Shown here: positions 11,467 through 22,349 of the stretch, piece by piece | How the letters are laid out: the number at the start of each line of letters is the position of its first letter | How positions within the stretch are numbered: position 1 is the first letter of the stretch | From: Pecten maximus | Lineage: Eukaryota | DNA: 64,000 nt | Reading direction: 5' to 3' | Assembly: GCF_902652985.1 (NCBI RefSeq) | Contig: NW_022983091.1 | Span: 1-64,000 of the forward strand | Translations under genes and position numbers: made by a program | Notes under the pieces: model-generated | Seen by the model: the letters and a program-made list of their open reading frames with translations, nothing else | Database searches by the model: none | Told to the model about the DNA's origin: nothing

Positions 11467-12039
11467 AGTCTATCATTCAAAGACGAGGGAGATTTTCTCA
11501 CAATAGTCATCGTCGCCCACCATGGCGGACGGATCTTTATCCTCTCTACTCGCTAGATATGCTGAAGGAGACGAATGTGCTAAAGAAGCTTTAAAAGGTT
11601 TCAAACGTTTATTAGAAGACATTGAATTATCTCCAACTAAGAAATCACGAAGCAATGAAGAAGCGACACTGCAATGCGAATCATGTGAAAAGAGATTTAA
11701 GACAGCGAAACAACTTGGTCGACACGAGCAGTCTCACCATATAAAAAAAGTGCGACATTTGCGAGAAAGAATTCAATCAACAGGTGAATTTATTGAGACA
11801 TGTGATAGATATTCATCAAAAGAGAGACCATCGTTGTAATGTGTGTGATGCGACATTCAGCAATGGGAGTCATTTGAAAAGACATGTGAAAAGTGTACAC
11901 GGGAAACAAAATCCACACGCTTGTGTCCTTTGTCTGAAATCATTTGGAAGAAAGGATAATCTAAAAGCACACATGAAAACCTGCAAGCAAAGGGTTACAG
12001 ATTCTGATGATGGTTAACGGTGAATCCTGCTGCTAATGA

Positions 12040-12390
12040 CTCTTCTCCGATGATGGAACAATCCGGCGGGTCTTCTCCGGTTACGCAGGCTTCCGGTGAC
12101 GCATCTCCAGTTGCGGAGACTTCCGGTGAGACATCTCCGGTTGCGGAGACTTCCGGTGACACATCTCTGGTTACGGAGACTTCCGGTGACACATCTCCGG
12201 TTGCGGAGACCTCCGGTGACACATCTCCGGTTGCGGAGACTTCTGGTGACACATCTCCGGTTGCGGGGACTTCCGGTGACACATCTCCGGTTGCGGAGAC
12301 TTCTGGTGACACATCTCCGGTTGCGGGGACTTCCGGTGACACATCTCCGGTTGCGGAGACTTTCGATGACACATCTCCGACTATGGAGGT
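12040..12390. repeat. 30-bp tandem repeat, ~11 units (acatctccggttgcggagacttccggtgac)
   Basis: Directly visible; encodes (DTSPVAETSG)n in one frame. Confidence 0.97.
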
Positions 12391-14986
12391 ATCTAGTGAT
12401 TCGCTCCTTCCAGCTAACCCAAGAAAAGACCTTTCAGACTCTCGAAATAAAGATAGTGGAAGAAGTGAGGATTCTCTAAAGATTAACAAAGTGACACATA
12501 AAATTTCCTGATCAGAACAGTGAAAACGGAAATGCAAGAATCAGAGATATATATCCAAATATCGAGGACAATCTGGATATATTAACTTTCTTTGCCAACA
12601 CAAAAGACGAAATCTTGAAACATTTAAGTGATGTGTGCGAGCAATTGTATGGAATTAAATGGTATATGAATGTGCGAGTGATGCTAGAGAAAGAAGACAG
12701 AGAAGGTAATGTAAATCAAACCATGCCCCATTTTTTGAGATCATACATGCAGTTACCAAACGATGTCGATTTAGAACATAACCTAAACGATGCATTCCAA
12801 AAAATGTTCGGTTCTTTCGAAGAATTCATTCGGAAAGGGTCTGGCTGGGTCTTAAAAAGGGTCATCAAATTAGAAATTCACGTGGCGAATTACTCGCCGG
12901 TGGGGGGTTCCTCCTTCATCCCGACTTCGACCACGTTCGCTAAACACGAAACCCTCATAAACATAGTCAATGACGATGACAAATGTTTCCTCTGGTCCGT
13001 ACTAGCCTTCCTCCACCCCTCGACTCTTCTACCACAGAGGGTATCAAATTACACCAAGTACGAAAATGACCTCGCCATGACTGGAATATCATACCCCACT
13101 CCTGTGTCTCAAATTTCTAAATTCGAGCGACAAAATCGGATCAGTGTAAACGTATTCGGCTGCGAAGAAAAAGATACATTCCCAATGCATGTTACAAAAA
13201 TGCGTGAATCACAACACCATGTGAATCTTTTATTCTTACGTGAAGAAGAAAAGTCACACTATTGTCTCATTCGTGACCTGAATACTTTTTTATCGAGAAT
13301 AAAGAAAACAAAAAATAAATCGCATTTCTGTCAATTTTGCCTTCAAGGCTTCACGCGATATAACTTGTTGGAGGAACATATAAAGAATTGTTCGCGTCAC
13401 GATCCCCAACGTGTAGAAATGCCTGACGACGACAATTGTCTACTGAAATTTGAAGACTATAGGAAACAAACGAAAGCTCCTTTTGTCATATATGCAGATT
13501 TCGAGGCTTACATGCAACCATTAGACACTTGTGAGCGCGATTCAAACTCATCGAGTACAACGAAAACCGCCAGATTCGAGCCGTGTGGATTCGGATACCA
13601 GGTTGTGTGTATGGACGATAAATACACAAATTCTCCTGTAATCTACAGGGGTACCGATGTTACGAAAACGTTCCTACAGCGACTTTTGGAGGAAGAAAGC
13701 AAAATCAAAGATATTTTAAATCAAGCAAAACCTATGGTTCTAACACCAGAAGAGCAAATCGAATTCGAAAAAAACAATCAGTGCCACATCTGCGGGAAGC
13801 ATTTCACCGAAAAATCTAAACGAGTACGTGATCATTGCAATCTCACCGGGAAATTTCGAGGTGCCGCTCACGATTACTGTAATCTAAAATACAAGTATCC
13901 ACAATACGTGCCAGTCATAGTTCATAATCTGCGTGGAAACGATAGTCATTTGATCTGTCAAAGTATCGGATTGTTTAAAGATCAGGATATTAACTGCATA
14001 CCGAACAATGCAGAAAAATACACCTTCAGTTTGGGAAATTTAAGATTCATCGATTCCTTTCAGTTCATGCCTAACAGTCTAGAAACGTTAACTGGTAATC
14101 TGGCAGAAACAAGTTTCAAACAATTCACCAAAGAGTTTTCTATGGCCGAAAAGAAATTGCTACTCCGCAAGGGTGTGTATCCCTACGAATACATTGATTG
14201 TGAAGCCAAGTTCGCGGAAACAGAGCTTCCACCTCGGGGATGCTTTTACAGCAACCTCAGCAAATGTGACATCACGGAAGAAGATCACGAGTACGCGCAA
14301 AAAGTTTGGCGGGAGATGGGTATTAAAAATATAGGCGAGTATCACGATCTCTACTTGAAGACTGACGTTCTGCTCCTAGCGGATGTATTCGAAAATTTCA
14401 GAACTATGTGCTTGGACTATTATGGTTTAGATGCGGCACATTTTTACACGGCACCCGGACTCGCATTGAGTTCGGCTCTGCGCATGACAGGTATTCATCT
14501 CGAATTGATCAAGGATTCGGATATGTACTTATTTTTTGAATCGGACATTCGCGGTGGTGTTTCTATGATATCGAATAAGTACGCTCAGGCTAATAACTCA
14601 CATATACCAGAAACGTACGATCCCGAAAAACCGACATCATACATCGTATACACTGATTGCAATAACTTGTACGGAAAAGCTATGTCCGAACCTTTACCTG
14701 TGGGAGAATTCGAGTGGGTAGATGACGTTGAACAATTCGACGTCACTAAGATACATGGACGAGCTCAACGTGGTTATTTGCTAGAGGTCGATTTATAATA
14801 CCCTGATTCACTCCACGATTCGCATAGCGATTACCCATTAGCGCCTGATAAGAAAAATGTGTCAGATGATGAATTATCGCCAACTAGTAAGCGGCTCTGG
14901 AGGGAATTACATCCAGACCCTCATGAGGGAGAAAAATTACTTCATCGCGTTCCTACAGAAAAGCTAATACCGACTCTTGAAAACAA

Positions 14987-15214
14987 TTGTTTGTTTGTTT
15001 GTTTGTTTTTGTTTAACGTCCTATTAACAGCCAGGGTCATTTAAGGACGTGCCAGGTTTTGGAGGTGGAGGAAAGCCGGAGTACCCGGAGAAAAACCACC
15101 GGCCTACGGTCAGTACCTGGCAACTGCCCCACGTAGGTTTCGAACTCGCAACCCAGTGGTGGAGGGCTAGTGATAAAGTGTCGGTACACCTTAACCACTC
15201 GTCCACCGCGACCC
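14987..15214 (-). mobile_element. tRNA-derived V-SINE inserted in pPolB, 13-bp TSD
   Basis: A-box TGGACGAGTGG, B-box GTTCGAAAC, V-domain-like ggtttttctccgggtactccggctttcctccac, (CAAA)n tail. TSD ctcttgaaaacaa at 14974-14986 and 15215-15227; excision restores PTLENK-TKYVCH. Confidence 0.92.
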
Positions 15215-16801
15215 CTCTTGAAAACAAAACAAAGTATGTCTGTCACTACCGAAACCTACAGCAATATTTGAAATTTGGGATGAAACTCATAAAGACTCAC
15301 AGAATCTTACAATTCAAGCAGGCACCGTGGCTTGAGGAGTACATTCGGTTCAACAGCGAAAAAAGAAAATGTGCGCAGAATGAGTTTTCAAACTCATGAA
15401 TAATGCCGTCTTCGGGAAGACGATGGAGAATGTGCGAAATCGAGTCGATATCAGGCTAGCCCACACAGACATTAAATTCAAAAAGTATGTCGCTAAGTCT
15501 TCCTTTAAGAGATTCACCATCTTTGATGAACATCTCTCAGCTCTCGAAAATACAAAAGTTAAACTGAAATTAAACAAACCTGTATACGTCGGTCAAGCCA
15601 TCCTAGATCTATCCAAAACGGTCATCTATGAATTCTATTATGACTACTTGAAATCGACCTATGGTGACAACCTGAAACTTCTAATGACTGATACAGACTC
15701 ACTGTTATACCACGTGACCTGTGACGATGTCTACGCGGACATGTATAGAGATAGAAGTTTGTTTGATTTATCCAATTACCCATCCGTAACAAAAAGGTTC
15801 CAGGTTACTTCAAGGATGAGACGGGTGGTCGGTCAAGTGATAACAGAGTTTGTAGGACTTCGAGCTAAAATGTATAGTTACCAATATGCTGCAAAACAGC
15901 AAGTAGAAATGGAAGATTACACAATCGTTTGGAATACTTTTCATGAGAAACAGGTTGCAAAAGGCATAAAAAAGGCCGCAAGAATGAAAGACTTGCGACA
16001 TCAAATGTATAAAGAACGTCTCTTCAAAAACGAGAACAGAATGTGTCAAATGAGTACAATCAGAAGTGATAGACATCAGCTTCACGTATACAACATCAAC
16101 AAAGTTAGACTCTGCCTTTGATGATAAGCGATTCGTGCTCCCAAACGATTGTGATACTCTTGCATTTGGTCATTATAAAATCTAAACGAAAGTGGTATGA
16201 TTTGTATGATTTATTCATTTGATGTTCGCCATTGAAAAAATGTGTTTGATTTAGCATGATGAAGATGGATGAAAGAATAGTCACAATACTTTGTTCTGTA
16301 TACAGTTTATAATGTACAGTATTTTTTTTATAATCTCTAACGTTATAAAATTATCGGTATTTGATTTAGAATTAGAATACTATATGTCCAGATTATAATT
16401 AATCTAATACTTATTTGAATAATATGAGTATACTCATTATGATAAACATTCTCAGCTTATAGGTAGATGTGAGTATAAATAAATGCTTATACAAATGAAA
16501 TAGAATGGAATGTCTTGTTTTTAACGCATTGCAGAATAAACAATTTACACAAATAATTTTTTTGAATGAATCAATGATGTTTCTCTCCTTGGATTTACAT
16601 ACCTCCATATCCAATGGAAGAACATTAATCCAGATTTAAAGAAGAAACAAAAGGAATACACTGACGTCCAAAGAAAAGTATAAAAAAAACCTAACAATTT
16701 CCACTCTCACTTATATCTCATAATCATTTATAACTGATAAAAAACTTAAAGAGTCCAAAACACGACGAAACATATTGAGAAAATCATAAAAAAGTCCTCC
16801 A

Positions 16802-17330
16802 CTTGTTGCTGCTGCTACTGTTGTTGAAGACATCGTGGATGTTGCTGTTGTGGCTGTTGTTGCTGCTGCTGCTGCGGCTGTTGTTGCTGCTGCAGCTGTT
16901 GTTGTTGCTGCTTCTGTAGCTGGTCCTGTCCGGAAGTATGTAAAGAAAAAATATCATATTAAAAAAAAACAAAAAAACAATTGAGTCATTTAGTAGCATC
17001 TTAACCATAACTATTGTTTATATATTTATATATGTATATATATATGTCTACTCAAACAACTTACAGGTTGAATCAAATAAAGAACATCCTCCATTTTTTC
17101 TTTCAATCCAATAAGCTCCTGGTATTCATCCCATGTGAGAAAAAGATAATACTTTTTCCCGTTGCTGAGACGATTCATATGCAGGTATGTTGTGTCGTTC
17201 TTGTCGAAATGTGTAACAGACACATCTAGATTACTCATATGAAGTTTTAGTTGTCTTTCCGTCGTCCCATCACGTTTGGTGTATTCCTCGTATTGAGCCA
17301 CGTTAAGTTGTCCTTGAGCCCCCCTTTTTT
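16802..17330 (-). pseudogene. PC4-like gene of Polinton 2 with a poly-Q second exon
   Basis: Exon 1 (YTKRDG...DVSVTHF...YLHM...KKYYLFLTWDEYQEL) ends at the donor 17064. Exon 2 starts at 16925: DQLQKQQQQQLQQQQQP..., with one TAG. Confidence 0.6.
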
Positions 17331-18763
17331 TACAATCACAATTTGTACTGGAAATCGTGTGTGAGGGAACGAGTGTCTTACCGCCAGATTTATACCCGCC
17401 AAAACTCCATGATGCATACGTACCCCTTCTAAACAAACCAATCGAATGCTACATCATGTCTTTACCCAATCAGAAGACTTCTCGTGTGAGCAGATATTTA
17501 TAAGTTTTACGCATGCGTAATAAGTTTTTTTTTGTTTGTTTTTGTTTTTGTTTTTCTCAACCTTATGGTTAGCTAGTTAGTCGATCCTGCCAACTCATCA
17601 TTGTTATCATCTACATCATTTTCAGAAAATAAACAATTGATTCACGAAATATGATATCTGTGAGAAGTAGATTAAAGATATAGTAATTTGCAAGTTTGTA
17701 AAATACTATAAAAGGTACCTCTGAGTCATGTATAGAGCCTGAAGTCTTAAATGTAACAAAATACTCTAGATGTCACGTGAGGTTGAAGTGTTTGACTGCA
17801 TAATATTCATGTTGGGTTAATCTGCTGTCACACACATGGACAAGCGTAATACACCCATCTTGACGTCGCGACGTTACACGTGGACGTCCGAATCTCTTTC
17901 CGATCTGTTGATATGTATAACCAACTGATTTTAGTCGATTTATCAACTCCTAAGTCAGTAGCGACCTGTTGTTGGGTTTAGCCGCCCATGAGCATTGCGA
18001 GTCAGTCCTCTATTAACTTGGGATAACCATGGCATATTTGTAAAAACAATTTAAAGTTTCAAACCCATTGGCGATCAAGACTGGTAATCGTAAGAAATTG
18101 ACACTAGTTTAATTGTAAAACAACGTATGCATTTGTACAGTTAAAGAATGTTGATAATCATGGCACAGTGGAAGTGGATCAGTTTTTTTCACAGATGACG
18201 GATTTCGAATATTTAATGGGATATCAGGTAAGGTTACACAATTCCCCTTTACTTTTTATGCGGCTATGTATATTCAATGCAAATATTTTACAATTGAAAC
18301 GGTTGCATTTCTTAATAATTTTAATCATCTATATTGAAACTATTGATGCATTCTAATTATAGTTTATTGTGCATTTTCTTACAAAAAACATGAAAGGATT
18401 ATTCATCTTTTTTACTGTCTTAAAAGTATAATTAGATAAAAGATATTTTGTGTTTCTTCTGGCAAATTATTACACGCATATGAAGATATATCACTAAATT
18501 TTGTAACTTACAGCAGTGCCTGCATTTTTTCGCAGCACAGTGGACGTGACACGCCCACTTTGACCAAGGGTTGAAGCGATCTCCTGTCAGGACGGCATTT
18601 ATGTAGCGAGCGTCCACCCGCTGCCCTGTAGCGCTTTGGAAAACAGGACAGGCGTTGTCCCGGTTCTGGCAGAGGTACAACACACCTGGCATTAACTTTG
18701 CTGAAATAGCCATATGTGCTGGCCCCGACGTTGAGTATGTTTTATGGTTGTTCACCTTTAGCG

Positions 18764-19299
18764 GCCCTGCAGGTATGGCGTAAGAATTGTACCTGCTGCC
18801 CCCATTGCATGATCGTAAGAGGCGACTAAATTTGGGATCTTATCTTTTCTCTTCTTTCTGAACAACTTTCTTCTTCCTAATGTCTCCCTTGACAATGCCT
18901 CACTTTTGGCCTTTAGTTGAGCGTTCGCCGCTGTGAGGAAGGCTTTGGGTTCTGTCCCCTGGCCGAGACATACCAGAGTCTCTAAAAATGGTAGTTGCTG
19001 CTCCTGCTTAGCGCTAAGCATACAAGGAGTGGGACGACTGGTTCGCCCGTTGTCAGTATAATGTGAACGGGTGGGGTGTGCTGCTGGGTGTCTTCGGCGG
19101 TGTGCTTCAGTGAGGTAGCACTATAAATCGGCAACAATTCCGGCCTATCACAAGGAGACTTAACACAAACATACCGCAGCCTCCCAATACACACATACGC
19201 ACTCACCCCACTCATGCATGTCGCACGCACGGGAGGCCGTCCTTAAATGACCTTAGATGTTAATAGGACGTTAAACAAAATAAACCAAACCAAACCAAA
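18764..19299 (+). mobile_element. Composite pseudoknot-headed Meta-like SINE, full length
   Basis: Aligns end to end with 2480-3016. Confidence 0.88.
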
Positions 19300-21480
19300 G
19301 TATGTTGGTTGTATTTTCACCAGAAAAACTCTTACTATTACAAATCTTTTGAACTGTTAATTAACTTGTTTGTTTTTTCTTTTTCGTGAACACTCTCTTT
19401 AAACATGTGGTCCCGCAGTACCATACTTGTTTAATTATAGACAATTATCCAAATACCTATGATAATATCACCTAGTTCTAGGGTAGACTGAATCAGAAAT
19501 ATTCAATTACATTTCCTAGTCATAATAAGTACACAGTAACACTGGTCGGTATTCCAGGATTGAATGCACACGTGAAAATATTACACTTTTATACACAACT
19601 TATTTATAACATAATTATGTGCAAAATCTAATCATCTGACTGTTCATCACAGCTACGACGACAACTGACAATGTCACTGTCTACGTAGGGTACGCAGCAA
19701 TAACTTGGTAAATAATGTTCGAGAACTGAACCTGTAGTGTTCAGTGATATATAATGGATACTATCTCCAGTCCTCCTTGTTTAGTTTCTGACTCAGTAAT
19801 TCAGGAAACCTTGACGATGTTACGACTGGACGTACACATATTATACCGTACGTTACCACAAGATACATAGGACGGAACCGACACTCCGCTCCTTAGTTTC
19901 ACAACCAAGCTCAACCACTTGCTGCTGACATCTCGCCGGAAGTAGTTACTCCGGAAGTTTACACCGGAACTTCATAACACAGGTGACGCACGCCTCTGAT
20001 GCATAAAACATGACTTGAGTGCGACTGTACCACTAAGGCTCCTCACATGGCCCCGAACTGGTCTGCTTAACTGCCCTGTTTCAGCTGGCGGTCCTAAGCC
20101 CCAACCATGTCAGCTATAAATTATGGTACAAAACAACAATTTACCACCTAGCCATTAACATACCGCTATTCTTAATTTCTATGCATTTCACAATACAACA
20201 AAATTCACCGCGACAATTCTCGCAACACGATAATATCAGTACAATATGTCATGTGGTTAATACTGGTCTGTGTTCGCTTGTAAAACCCGAAATATGAACA
20301 AATAAATGGTTTGCTACGGGAAATTACTTACCCTTACGGCTCAAGCTTTCCTGCTGTATCAAATTCTCACTCACCCTGAGATGTCATTGCCGCAACACGG
20401 CCCGCAGGACCCAACAACTCGGCCCACTCCCGCAAACGTTACTGCAATGTCGCAGACTTCACACCACCCTCCCAGAATACTCTTGCAACGATTGGTCAGT
20501 CAACCTCACATGACTTACCTTATCCAATCATCGCCTTGTTTACCGCATAGCACACGGGGTGTAAACGTAACGACTAGAGTAGGCAAAATACGACTTGCCA
20601 CGAGGTATACATCTGTCACGGGCTGTAACGGCTACCCCATATTCTGGATATTCTTCAGCATATAACGACTTTTGAACAACATATATACATAATCCCAACA
20701 TGAGGCTTCTTATTTGTCTTTAGCAGACAGTTGTATGTTCAGTCTTCACTAGGACAGGGCTGGAACAATATCTTTTACCTGCAATTGACAAAGCAATGTT
20801 TTAAAATGTTGCCATGTGATGAAGAGTTAAACAAGTCATCAATGTTAAATGCTTGTAAGGGAGATAACTCGTGAAGGCTTACTCATTCAGTATACCTCTT
20901 ACCTGTTCATACTTGTATGAAGTAGGTTTCACAAAATGCTGGTCCCTCCGTGGAAATCCTTCTTGATTTCGATTCTCTTGGTTCATCTGCATCATTTCCT
21001 TTGGCAACATTTAACGACGTATTTATCACAATATCGTCATCATCTTCTGCACTCTGTACGATTGTTTCATATGAGAATTGATAATTTTGCTCCTCTATGC
21101 GAATGGAATGCACAAATCGTCCTTGCTGTTTGAAGTATATTGTCTACCCACCATCATAGTATTGGTGATCGTGAGTTCCCGTTTTAAAACAAACCACATA
21201 GGTGTCGCGAAAAATGTGGCATCCCATTCTCCAATTAGTGGGGTTACCTGAAATTTTACCTGAACCTCTAAGGTGTTGTTGTCATGACGTTGAACAGTTA
21301 ATATATATAACACGTGCACTTTATTTTCCTCTTTTATACATTCATGTATAAACTTGCTAGGGTTTTTCAAGCTGAATTGGTTTGCCATTTCTCAACTTAC
21401 GGATTGGTATTCAGCAAAAAAAAAACCCACCATAACTGGATATGGATGCTAAAATTCCACTTGTATTTATACTTTGAGAA

Positions 21481-22005
21481 AACAAGAGGCCCAGAGGGCC
21501 TGTATCGCTCACCTGGTTTCATGAGATATGAAACAAGAGTGATGCTGAAGTATATTTGTCGCTGGTATTGGTATGTCAATATATATCATAAGCATTTTAT
21601 ATGGGTACATGTACATTGGTTTTATTTTAATACTGAAAATTCCAAAAGTGCATCAATCCGCGACCTCAGAGGGACGCTACCACACAAATGTGAGTGATAT
21701 CCATTGCTTAGTTTCAGAGAACTTGTTTAGACCAATTGACCCCTTTTGACCCTGACCTCTGCCCCCTTGGGGGTCAGCTTGTTCCTTTATGCAATTTTGA
21801 ATCCCTACCCCAATAGGAAGCTACCAGTCAAACCATTGCTTAGTTTCAGAGAATAAGTTGTTTAAATCAATTTAGCCAAATTGACCCCTTTTGGCCCCAC
21901 CCCTCGGCCCCACCATTTGTACAATTTTGAATCCCCATCCCATAGGGTTGCTACCCGGGAAATATGAGCGAAATCCATTGCTTAGTTTCAGAGCAGAAGT
22001 CGTTT
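21481..22005 (+). mobile_element. Helentron-associated (HINE/pearl-like) element, 3'-truncated
   Basis: Starts aacaagaggccc..gggcc..cgctcacctg like 29160 and 60065; internal degenerate repeats (ccattgcttagtttcagag x3). Confidence 0.7.
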
Positions 22006-22349
22006 ATTTCACATGTGTGATAGAGAAGACTGGATTGTGGGTTAACCCTAAATACCCCCAGCTTGGAGCAAGCCCTGATGGGATTATTAAGCAATTTGTT
22101 TGCTTGTTTGTTTGTGTTTTACGGCCCATCGACAACTAGGGTTATTTAGGGCCAAACAATATTCTAACATGTTTTATTTTTAAAGTTAAAATCAGATAAA
22201 ATTTGTCAATTTTAAAAGCATCCGTATTGTATATTTAGATCATTATGATAAAAAAGTTGGTTAAAAATGGTAAAATATGTATATGTAGGAATAGATAATG
22301 TGAATTTTGTTATATAAATAGAACGTCAAAGACAGTAGCGTAAAAGACA

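Larger units (their letters stand above)
11522..16185 (+). pseudogene. C2H2 zinc fingers + repeat linker + pPolB (vOTU-like, exonuclease with EndoVII/HNH insert, palm)
   Basis: About four C2H2 fingers at 11670-11985; GSGW; INIVNDDDKCFLWS...SHYCLI; YADFEA; CHIC...RDHCNLTGKFRGAAHDYCNL; HNLRGND; RKGVYPYEY; YTDCNNLYG; MNNAVFGK; TDTDS. Frameshifts, stops and a SINE insertion. Confidence 0.92.
7356..17480 (+). mobile_element. Polinton/Maverick-like endogenous virus 2 (decayed; no integrase or termini seen)
   Basis: Ordered morphogenesis module, pPolB and convergent PC4-like gene; many frameshifts and stops. Confidence 0.92.

Noticed and set aside
3132-12390. Regular short repeats (3132-3729 and 12040-12390) as CRISPR arrays
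   Set aside because: Head-to-tail tandem units with no unique spacers, no cas genes, eukaryotic context.
15140-15214. tRNA gene
   Set aside because: A and B boxes are present, but it is a SINE head with body, tail and TSD.
19530-20630. CpG-rich block with CCGGAAGT motifs as a solo LTR or Polinton TIR
   Set aside because: No confident termini, TSD or second copy in the window.
20640-21390. Minus-strand exon-like remnants (ORFs 21095..21388 and 20907..21113)
   Set aside because: Splice-like signals are present, but there is no recognisable domain and there are several stops.
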